Source of the DNA: an uncultured beta proteobacterium
GTDB lineage: Bacteria > Pseudomonadota > Gammaproteobacteria > Burkholderiales > Burkholderiaceae_C
Length of the DNA stretch: 57,339 nucleotides
Assembly: GCA_903876045.1 (NCBI GenBank)
Contig: CAIQYP010000535.1
Coordinates: forward strand, 1 to 57,339
Direction of reading: 5' to 3'
Position 1 is the stretch's first letter. Each line of letters opens with the position of its first letter. The notes under the pieces were generated by a model, which was not told the origin of the DNA, ran no database searches, and saw nothing but the letters and a program-made list of their open reading frames with translations. This document shows, in pieces, positions 1 to 8,761 of the stretch. The translations under genes were made by a program, and so were the position numbers.

Positions 1-2
1 CC

Positions 3-701
3 CAAAACAACATCCGCTTAGGGATGACTTTGTGTTTCGTGGCGGGCGCTACCAATGCCGGGGGCTTTCTCGCGGTGGGCCAATACACCTCGCACATGAC
101 CGGCGTGCTGTCTTCCGTGGCTGACAACCTGGTGCTGGGCCGGTTCACCCTGGCACTGGCCGGCCTGGCTGCGCTGCTTGCCTTTTTGGGTGGCGCCATG
201 ACCACCGCCTGGATGGTGAACTGGGGGTTGCGGCGCAAACTGCAAAGCGCCTATGGCAGACCGCTTTTGCTGGAGGCAGCGCTGTTGCTGGTGTTTGGCC
301 TGTTTGGTACCGGCATCAACGTGTGGGCGGGGCTGTTTGCGCCGCTGACGGTGCTGCTGTTGTGCTACCTGATGGGTTTGCAAAACGCCGTCATCACCAA
401 GATTTCGCACGCGGAAATTCGCACCACCCACATCACCGGTCTGGTCACGGACATGGGCATCGAACTGGGCAAACTGTTGTACTTTAATCGCCTGAGCCGC
501 GACGTTCTGGTGACCGCCGACCGACACCGGCTAGGCATTCACCTCAAACTGGTGGGCAGTTTTTTTATTGGCGGCCTGTCGGGTGCGATCGGATTCAAAA
601 CCGTAGGCTTTGCAGCAACGGTCCCTTTATCTGTCTTGCTGTTGATGGTGGTGTTTCGCCCGGTGTTGAATGACGCCAAAAACTGGATTGATCCTCACTG
701 A
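3..701 (+). CDS. DUF1275/YoaK-family membrane protein, 5'-truncated by the window edge
   Basis: FVAGATNAGGFLAVGQYTSHMTG and GLQNAVITKIS..IRTTHITG motifs; multiple TM segments; frame is open back to the window start (QNNIRLG-M). Confidence 0.85.
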   Translation, partial: QNNIRLGMTLCFVAGATNAGGFLAVGQYTSHMTGVLSSVADNLVLGRFTLALAGLAALLAFLGGAMTTAWMVNWGLRRKLQSAYGRPLLLEAALLLVFGLFGTGINVWAGLFAPLTVLLLCYLMGLQNAVITKISHAEIRTTHITGLVTDMGIELGKLLYFNRLSRDVLVTADRHRLGIHLKLVGSFFIGGLSGAIGFKTVGFAATVPLSVLLLMVVFRPVLNDAKNWIDPH

Positions 702-706
702 CCAAC

Positions 707-2488
707 ATGGCTACAGACCCAAGCTCCCTAAAAGCCCGCTTCAACAGCTTTTTTCGTCCGCGCATTTTGGATGCCCTGCAAGGCTATAACCAGCAGCGCT
801 TTGCCAAGGACGTTGGCGCCGGTCTGACCGTTGGCGTGGTGGCCCTGCCGCTGGCCATGGCCTTTGCCATCGCCAGCGGGCTCAAGCCAGAGGCAGGCCT
901 CTTCACCGCCATCATTGCCGGGATGTTGATCTCGGTATTGGGAGGCAGCCGGGTACAGATTGGTGGTCCCGCCGGAGCCTTTATCGTTATCGTTTACGGC
1001 ATTGTGGAGCGCTATGGCCTCGCCAATCTGGTTATCGCCACGGCCATGTCGGGCGTCCTGCTATTTGCCATGGGCGTCTTCAAGATGGGCACTCTGGTTC
1101 GCTTCATTCCCATCTCGGTCATCATTGGCTTTACCAACGGCATTGCTGTGCTCATTGCGTTGTCTCAGGTGAAAGATTTCCTGGGACTACAGGTCGCCAA
1201 CCTGCCGGCCAACTTCTTTGGCATGGCCTCCACCCTCGTCCACGCCTTGCCCAGTTTCGACTCGATCGCTACAGCGCTCTCACTAGGTTCGCTGGCGCTG
1301 ATCGTCGCCTGGCAATTCGGCGTGCCTCGTCTGATCAGCAACGGCCCATGGGCGGCGCGCCTGCGTCTGGTCCCCGGCTCGGTGCTGGCCTTGGTGTTGG
1401 CCACGGTCGTGGTGGCGGTTTGGGATTTGCCGGTGGCCACCATCGGTAGCAAATTCGGCGGCATTCCATCCTCTTTGCCTAGTCTGGTCTGGCCCGCATT
1501 CTCATGGGAGACCGTGCGCTTCCTATTTATCCCTGCCACCACTTTGGCCATGTTGGGCGCGATTGAGTCGTTGCTGTGCGCCCGGGTTGCCGACGGCATG
1601 ATTGACGACCGTCACGACCCGAATCAGGAACTGATGGCCCAGGGCATTGCCAACTTCATCACGCCATTTTTTGGCGGCATGCCGGCTACCGGCACCATTG
1701 CGCGCACGGTTACCAACGTCAAGGGTGGCGGCAATTCGCCGATTGCTGGCATGGTGCATGCACTGACGCTGCTGGTGGTCATGCTGGTGGCAGCCCCTTT
1801 GGCGCGAAACATTCCGCTGGCGACTATGGCGGCAATTCTGATGTTTGTAGCCTGGAATATGGGTGAGTGGAGCGAGTTTGTGCACCTGCGCCAATACCGC
1901 ATGCCTTACCGCGCCACCCTGTTGGCGGTGTTCTTTCTGACGGTGGTCTTTGACTTGACCGTGGCGGTGGAAGTGGGCTTGGTGGCAGCTTGCATTACCT
2001 TTATTTACCGCATCTCCAGCCTGTCGCGGACCGAAGCACTTACTGAAGCCGACTATCCCGCCCTGGTGGGTTTACAGGGCCAGGTCTCCGCACACCGTCT
2101 GTATGGGGCCCTATTTTTTGGCGCAGTCAAACTGATAGAAGACCTGCAGGACCATTTACCCGAGCGCACCTTGCTGCTGGACCTGAAAAATGTGATTTAT
2201 GTGGACTCCAGTGGTGCCGACAGCCTGAATGACCTAGCCAGGGCCTGCGACAAGAACCGGGTGCGCCTGGTGATTTGCGGCTTGATGCACCAGCCTCTGG
2301 ATATTGCCAAGCGCTGTGGTTTTGTAGGCAATGTGGGGGCCAACAATATTCACCCGGATGTGGCAACTGCCATCCAAGCCAGTGTCGGCCTTGATCATCT
2401 GGACGCCCCCCCAGCGGCCCAGCACACCGTAAAATGCTACAAAGAGGTTTTCCATGAACATATTTCGCCGCCCCGATTACAAGTCTGA
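707..2488 (+). CDS. SulP-family anion permease with C-terminal STAS domain
   Basis: DVGAGLTVGVVALPLAMAFAIASG, GGSRVQIGGPAGAF, NQELMAQG, GALFFGA, DSSG (STAS). Confidence 0.93.
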   Translation: MATDPSSLKARFNSFFRPRILDALQGYNQQRFAKDVGAGLTVGVVALPLAMAFAIASGLKPEAGLFTAIIAGMLISVLGGSRVQIGGPAGAFIVIVYGIVERYGLANLVIATAMSGVLLFAMGVFKMGTLVRFIPISVIIGFTNGIAVLIALSQVKDFLGLQVANLPANFFGMASTLVHALPSFDSIATALSLGSLALIVAWQFGVPRLISNGPWAARLRLVPGSVLALVLATVVVAVWDLPVATIGSKFGGIPSSLPSLVWPAFSWETVRFLFIPATTLAMLGAIESLLCARVADGMIDDRHDPNQELMAQGIANFITPFFGGMPATGTIARTVTNVKGGGNSPIAGMVHALTLLVVMLVAAPLARNIPLATMAAILMFVAWNMGEWSEFVHLRQYRMPYRATLLAVFFLTVVFDLTVAVEVGLVAACITFIYRISSLSRTEALTEADYPALVGLQGQVSAHRLYGALFFGAVKLIEDLQDHLPERTLLLDLKNVIYVDSSGADSLNDLARACDKNRVRLVICGLMHQPLDIAKRCGFVGNVGANNIHPDVATAIQASVGLDHLDAPPAAQHTVKCYKEVFHEHISPPRLQV

Positions 2489-2660
2489 TGCCACCCAGTT
2501 TCTGGACCAGCTCAAGACACTCAAGCCCGCACTGGAGGCTGAGCAACTCAAAGGGCGCGCCCTTCTTTGGGACAGGGTTATCGACCGCCTGGCGTTGAAG
2601 GGCTTTCGCAGCGGGAAAGTGAAGCAAAAGCCCTACGTCTACCAGACCAACAACAAGTAG
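2454..2660 (+). CDS. DUF3460-family small protein
   Basis: YKSDATQFLDQLK..GRALLWD..VKQKPYVYQ; GAGG RBS; sits upstream of scpA as is typical in Burkholderiales. Confidence 0.82.
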   Translation: MNIFRRPDYKSDATQFLDQLKTLKPALEAEQLKGRALLWDRVIDRLALKGFRSGKVKQKPYVYQTNNK

Positions 2661-2666
2661 TTCCGT

Positions 2667-3476
2667 TTGTCCGCCGTCATGCCCGAGGTGGTGGACCAGG
2701 TCGCGCTGGCCCGCCTGTATGGCGAGCCGCTGTTTGCGCTGCCGACCGACCTGTATATCCCGCCCGATGCGCTGGAAGTATTTCTGGAGGCCTTTGAAGG
2801 CCCGCTGGATTTGCTGCTGTACCTGATCCGCAAGCAGAACTTCAACATTCTCGACATCCCCATGCTGAGCGTGACCAAGCAGTATTTGGTCTACGTCGAG
2901 CAGGTCCGCAAGCGCAATCTGGAACTGGCCGCGGAATATTTGCTGATGGCAGCCATGCTCATCGAGATCAAGTCGCGCATGCTGCTGCCACCAAAAAAGG
3001 TGGCTGCGGGCGAGGAGGCCGAAGACCCGCGCGCCGAGTTGGTGCGCCGCCTGCTGGAATACGAGCAGATGAAGCTGGCCGCGGCACGCCTGAATGCGGT
3101 GCCGCAATACGGCCGCGACTATCTCAAGGCCAGCATCTTCATAGAGCAAAGCTTGGTACCGCGCTTTCCGGATGTGCATTTGGTCGATCTGCAGGAAGCC
3201 TGGCGCGACATCCTCAAGCGGGCCAAGCTGGTGCAACACCACAAAATCAGCCGCGCCGAGTTGTCGGTGCGCGAGCACATGAGCATCATCTTGCGCAAGC
3301 TGCAGGGCAAACGCTTTGTTGGTTTTGAAGACCTTTTCGACCCCGAGTTGGGCACCCCGGTTCTGGTGGTGACTTTTATCGCCATGCTCGAGTTAGCCAA
3401 GGAAACCCTGATCGAAATTACCCAGGCCGAAGCCTTTGCTCCGATATATGTGCGCCTGGCCTATTCGCCCACTTGA
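2667..3476 (+). CDS. scpA: Segregation and condensation protein A (kleisin)
   Basis: FEGPLDLLLYLIRK, AAEYLLMAAMLIEIKSRMLLP, VVTFIAMLEL; start may instead be ATG 2679. Confidence 0.93.
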   Translation: MSAVMPEVVDQVALARLYGEPLFALPTDLYIPPDALEVFLEAFEGPLDLLLYLIRKQNFNILDIPMLSVTKQYLVYVEQVRKRNLELAAEYLLMAAMLIEIKSRMLLPPKKVAAGEEAEDPRAELVRRLLEYEQMKLAAARLNAVPQYGRDYLKASIFIEQSLVPRFPDVHLVDLQEAWRDILKRAKLVQHHKISRAELSVREHMSIILRKLQGKRFVGFEDLFDPELGTPVLVVTFIAMLELAKETLIEITQAEAFAPIYVRLAYSPT

Positions 3477-3533
3477 AGCAGCCGCTTTAAGAGTTAGTAT
3501 TCGGGCCACTTTCGCTTGCATCCTGGAGAAGCT

Positions 3534-4439
3534 ATGAGCCCCCACACCGAAGTCAGCACCGACAACGCAGCTGCGCTGCATGCCACGCCTTATGGCACCC
3601 TGCCGCCGGCCTCGCCCATGCCTAACCGCCGGCCCATGAGCCTGCCGCGCCTGCAAGAGATGCGCACCCGCGGCGAAAAAATCACCATGCTCACCGCCTA
3701 CGACGCAACCTTTGCCGCCGTGGCCGACGCCGCCGGGGTAGAAAGCATTCTGGTCGGCGACTCGCTCGGCATGGTTTGTCAGGGTTTGGCCAGCACCGTC
3801 GGCGTCAGTCTGGACACCATGCGCTACCACACCGAAAGCGTGACACGCGGCCTTTACCGCGCCCAAGCCACGGCCTGGGTCATCGGCGACCTGCCCTTTG
3901 GCAGTTACCACGAGTCACGCGAGCAGGCCATCCGCAGCGCCTCGGTGCTGATGCAGGCCGGTGCGCACATGGTCAAGCTGGAAGGCGGTGGCTGGACGAC
4001 GGACACCGTGCGTTTTCTGGTGGAGCGTGGCATTCCGGTCTGTGCCCATTTGGGTCTGACACCGCAAACTGTGCATGCGCTGGGCGGCTACCGCGTGCAA
4101 GGCAAGACCGAGGCCAGCGCCGACCTGTTGCGCAAACAGTCCCACGAATTGCAGGAAGCCGGGGCTACCATGTTGGTTCTTGAGATGGTGCCGCACCAGA
4201 TTGCCGCCGAACTGACCGCAGAACTCACGCAATGTGCAACCATTGGCATTGGTGCAGGCAACGGCACCGCCGGCCAGGTACTGGTGTTGCACGACATGCT
4301 AGGCATGAACCTGGGCAAGATGCCCAAGTTTGTACGCAACTTCATGCAAGACGCAGGCTCCGTGCGCGGTGCCATGGAGGCCTATGTGGCCGCCGTCAAG
4401 AACAGCAGTTTCCCGGATAACGCCGTTCACGCCTGGTGA
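3534..4439 (+). CDS. panB: 3-methyl-2-oxobutanoate hydroxymethyltransferase
   Basis: [36 protein letters not shown]; GGAG RBS before ATG 3534. Confidence 0.96.
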   Translation: MSPHTEVSTDNAAALHATPYGTLPPASPMPNRRPMSLPRLQEMRTRGEKITMLTAYDATFAAVADAAGVESILVGDSLGMVCQGLASTVGVSLDTMRYHTESVTRGLYRAQATAWVIGDLPFGSYHESREQAIRSASVLMQAGAHMVKLEGGGWTTDTVRFLVERGIPVCAHLGLTPQTVHALGGYRVQGKTEASADLLRKQSHELQEAGATMLVLEMVPHQIAAELTAELTQCATIGIGAGNGTAGQVLVLHDMLGMNLGKMPKFVRNFMQDAGSVRGAMEAYVAAVKNSSFPDNAVHAW

Positions 4440-4448
4440 TGTGGCTCT

Positions 4449-4529
4449 CCCCCCGTGCACCTGGTGCCTCCCCCTACAGGGGCGATACCAGCCGTCTGGC
4501 AAAGCCAGTCCGACGGTATCCCTGAGTTG
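4449..4529 (-). repeat. REP-like palindromic intergenic repeat, family A, copy 1
   Basis: Minus strand AACTCAGG-GATACC-GTCGGACTGGC-TTT-GCCAGACGGCT-GGTATC-GCCCCTGTAGGGGGA; homologous to 31489..31583. Confidence 0.75.
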
Positions 4530-4546
4530 AACTACCCGTTTATGCC

Positions 4547-5371
4547 ATGAAGCTCATACACACGCTCGCTCAACTTCAGTCCACCTTGAGCGTATATCGC
4601 CACCCCGCCGTAGTGCCCACGATGGGCAATCTGCACGCCGGACACATTGCACTGGTGCACGCCGCTAAGCCCTTGGGCGACGTGACCGTTGCCACCATCT
4701 TCGTGAACCGCCTGCAGTTCGGCCCCAAAGAAGATTTCGCCACCTATCCGCGTACGCTGGAAGCTGACTGTGCTCAGTTAGATGCGGCTGGTTGCGACAT
4801 TGTGTTTGCGCCTTCAGAGAAGGAGTTGTATCCCGAGGCGCAAAGCTTTTTGATTCAGCCGCCACCCGAGTTGGCCGACATTCTGGAAGGCGAATTCCGA
4901 CCCGGCTTCTTCACCGGGGTGGCAACCATTGTGATGAAGCTCTTGAGTTGCACACAGGCGCGCACCGCCGTGTTTGGCAAGAAGGATTACCAACAACTGA
5001 TGGTGATCCGACAGATGGTCAAGCAGTTCAACATGCCGATTGACATCGTGGGTCTGGACACCTTGCGCGCCGAAGATGGTCTGGCCATGTCTTCGCGCAA
5101 CGGCTATCTGAGTGCCACGGAGCGTAAAGAGGCAGTATTGCTGTCGCACACACTGCAGACCCTGGCCGATTCCATTCGTGGTGGTCGCAGTAACTATGCC
5201 GAACTGGAAGCGGAAGCTATGGCATTGTTAAGCCTTGCAGGCTGGAAACCCGATTACGTGGTGGCGCGGCGCCGTGCAGATTTGCAGGTGCCCCAGACCG
5301 GCGATGCGCTGGTGGTGCTGGCTGCTGCCAAACTGGGTACGACGCGGCTGATTGACAACCTGGAAGTTTGA
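4547..5371 (+). CDS. panC: Pantoate--beta-alanine ligase
   Basis: VPTMGNLHAGH, FVNRLQF, RPGFFTGV, FGKKDYQQ, LAMSSRN, RLIDN. Confidence 0.96.
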   Translation: MKLIHTLAQLQSTLSVYRHPAVVPTMGNLHAGHIALVHAAKPLGDVTVATIFVNRLQFGPKEDFATYPRTLEADCAQLDAAGCDIVFAPSEKELYPEAQSFLIQPPPELADILEGEFRPGFFTGVATIVMKLLSCTQARTAVFGKKDYQQLMVIRQMVKQFNMPIDIVGLDTLRAEDGLAMSSRNGYLSATERKEAVLLSHTLQTLADSIRGGRSNYAELEAEAMALLSLAGWKPDYVVARRRADLQVPQTGDALVVLAAAKLGTTRLIDNLEV

Positions 5372-5400
5372 AAGCTAGTTAACGCGCAGACCTTGCGTGC

Positions 5401-5548
5401 GGCGGGTGGCGTGACTCGCGTTCTTCGGCCCTGCTCGCGGGCGCCTGCTTCTGGTTTGCCGACACCTTTGCATTAACACCACTGTTTGGACGCACCCTGT
5501 GTGGCAACCGCAAATGGGGGCCTGCGCCCGCGAGTCCCACCACCCGCC
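5401..5548 (+). repeat. ~148-bp hairpin element, family B, copy 1
   Basis: Terminal inverted repeat GGCGGGTGGcgtGACTCGCG / CGCGAGTCccaCCACCCGCC (18/20); core matches the reverse complement of 5596..5745. Confidence 0.8.
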
Positions 5549-5595
5549 TTGAAGTAACGTTTGTGGTTTTCTGCTGAACGCCGGACACTGCTCTG

Positions 5596-5745
5596 GGCAG
5601 GCGGATCGGGTGTCCCTTCGCAAGCCCCCATTCGCGGTTGCCACAGACAAGGCGCGCCAGCAACGGCGTTAACAAAGGAATACAGGCGCACCAGAAGCAG
5701 ACGCCCGCGAGCAGGGCTGGAGAAGGGATACCCGATCCGCCTGCC
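5596..5745 (-). repeat. ~150-bp hairpin element, family B, copy 2 (inverted)
   Basis: Terminal inverted repeat GGCAGGCGGATCGGGTgTCCCTTC / GAAGGGAtACCCGATCCGCCTGCC (23/24); shared core GCCCTGCTCGCGGGCGyCTGCTTCTGGT...GTGGCAACCGCrAATGGGGGC. Confidence 0.8.
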
Positions 5746-5771
5746 GACCACACAAGCAGGCAAAAAAGTAC

Positions 5772-6287
5772 TTACAAGAACCGATCCAGAATCTTCTTGC
5801 TAGCCGTATTCAGCGCAAACTGATCCCGAACCAGATATTGAATGCCATGGTTGTCGGCAATCAACAAAGCGTTGTCCTTGCCGATGCGGCGAATATCCTC
5901 ATCACCACGCAACACAAATTCCGTGCGCCCCCGGTCAGTCTCCACCGTCCAGGTACACGGTGTGGAAAAGCTGGACACGGTGACGATCTGCGCAATCACC
6001 GGCATGAACTCGCGCGCCGCCAATTCCTGTCGAATCAGACTTTGCGCTGGCTCGTCCAGATCGGCCAACTGATCCACCCATCCCACCTCTTCGCTGTCGG
6101 TGTTCACGATCGAAATACCCACCTCAGGCGCTTGAATCGGAAAGGCACGCACTGGCACCACCGACTCGAAACGCACCCCGCTTTCGGTGGTCAGAATCAG
6201 CTTGCCAAAAGCATTGCGCTCCAACGAAAAGTGCGTTTTCTCAGTAGTCATCGGGGCGCTCATGGGGTTACTCAGGGGCGTGTTCAT
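5772..6287 (-). CDS. DUF1854-family protein (cyanophycin-locus associated)
   Basis: VVPVRAFPI, ELAAREFMPVI, WTVETDRG..F, LLIADNHGIQY; coupled to the ABC gene by a 1-nt overlap. Confidence 0.85.
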   Translation of the reverse strand: MNTPLSNPMSAPMTTEKTHFSLERNAFGKLILTTESGVRFESVVPVRAFPIQAPEVGISIVNTDSEEVGWVDQLADLDEPAQSLIRQELAAREFMPVIAQIVTVSSFSTPCTWTVETDRGRTEFVLRGDEDIRRIGKDNALLIADNHGIQYLVRDQFALNTASKKILDRFL

Positions 6288-8581
6288 TATTCGCCCTCCT
6301 TCTCGGCGTTGTCTGAAGCCAGACTGGCGTCCATGTCCACATCCATGTTGCGCGCCTGCGCCTGGTACAAATTGAAATAAGCACCTTCCTGCGCCATCAG
6401 CACATCGTGCGTGCCCTCCTCCACCACACGGCCGCGATCGAGCACCACCAGGCGGTCGGCGCGGTGCAAAGTGGATAGGCGGTGGGCGATGGCGATGGTG
6501 GTGCGGCCTTGCACCAGGTTCTCCAGCGCCTTTTGAATTTCCTTCTCGGTCTCGGAATCCACCGACGAAGTGGCCTCATCCAGGATCAGGATGCGCGGGT
6601 CGATCAAGAGTGCACGGGCTATCGAGATGCGCTGACGCTCACCGCCCGAAAGACCCTGGCCACGCTCGCCAACCATCGAGTCATATCCCTGTGGCAGGCG
6701 CAGGATGAACTCGTGCGCGTGGGCAGCACGGGCCGAGGCAATGATCTCTTCGCGCGTGGCGTCCGGCTTGCCGTAGGCAATGTTCTCGGCAATGGTGCCG
6801 AAGAACAGGAAAGGCTCCTGCAGCACCAGGCCAATGTTCTGGCGGAAGTCGGCAATCGCATAAGAACGTATGTCCACGCCATCGACCAGAATCGCGCCCT
6901 CTGACACATCGTAAAAGCGGCAGATCAGATTCACCAACGTGCTCTTGCCCGAGCCGCTGTGACCCACCAGGCCGATCATCTCGCCCGGCTTAATGTTGAG
7001 GGTGATGCCCTTGTTAACCTCGCGATTGCCGTAGCGGAAGCCTACATCGCGCACCTCAATGCGCCCTTCGACCTTGCCCACATGCACCGGGGCTACCGGC
7101 TCGGGCACGCTGGAGACATGGTCAAGGATGTCAAAGATGCGCTTGGCGGCCGAGGCCGATTTTTGCGTCACCGAGACAATGCGGCTCATCGAATCCAGGC
7201 GACCATAAAAGCGGCCGATGTAGGCAATCGCCGCCAGCAACATACCGACGGTGATCTCGCCCTTGGACACCTGCCAGATACCAAAACCCCAGACCACCAG
7301 CAGGCCAATCTCTGTCAGCAGTGAAACGCTGGGTGAGAACAGCGACCAGATTTTATTGATGCGGTCATTGACGATCAGGTTATGGCGATTGGCCTCGCGG
7401 AAGCGTTTGGCTTCGCGTTGCTCCTGGGCAAAGGCCTTTACCACGCGAATACCGGGAATGGTGTCGGCCAACACATTGGTCACCTCACCCCAGACCCGGT
7501 CGATCTTTTCAAATCCGGTGCGCAGGCGGTAGCGCACGAAGTGAATCATCCAGCCGATAAAGGGTAGCGGCACCAACGTGATCAGCGCCAGATACGGGTT
7601 CATGGAAAAAAGGATGACCGCCGTCATCACAATCATCACCACGTCGCTGGCAAAGTCAGTCAGATGCAGCGACAGGTAAACCGCAATGCGGTCACTTTCG
7701 CTGCCTACGCGCGAGAGCAGATCGCCGGTGCGCTTGCCGCCGAAGTACTCCAGGGAGAGGCGCAGCAAATGCTCGTAGGTAGTGGTGCGCAGGTCCGCCG
7801 CAATGCGCTCGGAGGCCAAAGCCAGAATGTAGGTTTTGGCCCAGCTCAAGCCCCAGGCCAAAATGCCCGAGCCCAACAGGCCGGAGAGATACCAGGCGAT
7901 GGTGCTGGGTTCAATGTGCTGGCCGTTCTGAAACGGAATCAGCACCTTGTCCACCAGCGGAATAGTCAGATAAGGTGGCACTTGGCTGGCGGCGGTGCCC
8001 AGCAACATCAGGAAGAAGCCCAGCAGCAATTGCCCCTTGTAGGGCCCGGCAAAACGCCAGAGGCGAAACAGCGTCCAGGTGGACGGCGGCGTGTGGACCA
8101 CCTTGGTACAGATGGGGCACTCTTCCTGATCAGGCTCCAGCGGCGCTTTGCAACTGGGGCACACATTCTTCAGCGCCTGTTGCATGGGTTTGCCCGACAC
8201 CGTGCTTTCCAGTTGCAGACCGAACTGGTCTACCAGCCTGATGGCATGCAGATTTTGACCCAGGGTGAAACGCCAGCTGGCCAGCAGACCGGTGGCGTCC
8301 AGTAGCTCCAGATGACCGACGCCGGCGTGGTCATGGTGCTGCAAGGATAGGCCCGCAGAATAGTTCCACTCTCGCCAATCGCTGCTCCTGCCTTCACGGC
8401 TAAGCACCCGCTGGTTTGTCACCAGTAGCAAGGCTTTGACGAAGTGCAGTCGCGCATCGAGGTCAACCTCAAGCGCGGCCAAAACGTTTTCTAAGGGGAG
8501 CAGATGTGCCTGAACTTCAGAGCGCCAATGGGCGGCAAGTTCGCCGGGCGCTGAGCGGACAAGGGATATTTCAGTGGTCAT
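6287..8581 (-). CDS. ABC exporter half-transporter (TMD+NBD) with N-terminal extension and CxxC..CxxC zinc ribbon
   Basis: GHSGSGKS Walker A, LSGGERQR signature, ILILDEAT Walker B; multi-TM region; CPSC-x10-CPIC; start uncertain (8581 vs 8626/8638). Confidence 0.92.
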   Translation of the reverse strand: MTTEISLVRSAPGELAAHWRSEVQAHLLPLENVLAALEVDLDARLHFVKALLLVTNQRVLSREGRSSDWREWNYSAGLSLQHHDHAGVGHLELLDATGLLASWRFTLGQNLHAIRLVDQFGLQLESTVSGKPMQQALKNVCPSCKAPLEPDQEECPICTKVVHTPPSTWTLFRLWRFAGPYKGQLLLGFFLMLLGTAASQVPPYLTIPLVDKVLIPFQNGQHIEPSTIAWYLSGLLGSGILAWGLSWAKTYILALASERIAADLRTTTYEHLLRLSLEYFGGKRTGDLLSRVGSESDRIAVYLSLHLTDFASDVVMIVMTAVILFSMNPYLALITLVPLPFIGWMIHFVRYRLRTGFEKIDRVWGEVTNVLADTIPGIRVVKAFAQEQREAKRFREANRHNLIVNDRINKIWSLFSPSVSLLTEIGLLVVWGFGIWQVSKGEITVGMLLAAIAYIGRFYGRLDSMSRIVSVTQKSASAAKRIFDILDHVSSVPEPVAPVHVGKVEGRIEVRDVGFRYGNREVNKGITLNIKPGEMIGLVGHSGSGKSTLVNLICRFYDVSEGAILVDGVDIRSYAIADFRQNIGLVLQEPFLFFGTIAENIAYGKPDATREEIIASARAAHAHEFILRLPQGYDSMVGERGQGLSGGERQRISIARALLIDPRILILDEATSSVDSETEKEIQKALENLVQGRTTIAIAHRLSTLHRADRLVVLDRGRVVEEGTHDVLMAQEGAYFNLYQAQARNMDVDMDASLASDNAEKEGE

Positions 8582-8761
8582 TACAAGCAAGCAACATGTT
8601 TTTTTCGGTTCTTCAGTCTCGCCCATCGGGCTGTCCAACAGCTACGGGGTTGACGATACCACCCTGCAGGGTATAGCCACAGAACCGTCAGCCCCACAGT
8701 GAGAGAGAATACACAACGCGGACAGCGCCATGTCGGTGGACTGCCCAAGCCACAAAGTGCC

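Noticed and set aside
2667-3476. scpA without adjacent scpB as a defective condensin or Wadjet-like system
   Set aside because: Canonical ScpA sequence; separation from scpB is common in Betaproteobacteria; no jet/mks genes present
5375-5823. Several short ORFs in the panC-DUF1854 gap
   Set aside because: They are translations of the inverted repeat pair, hence the internally repeated peptides; no support for coding
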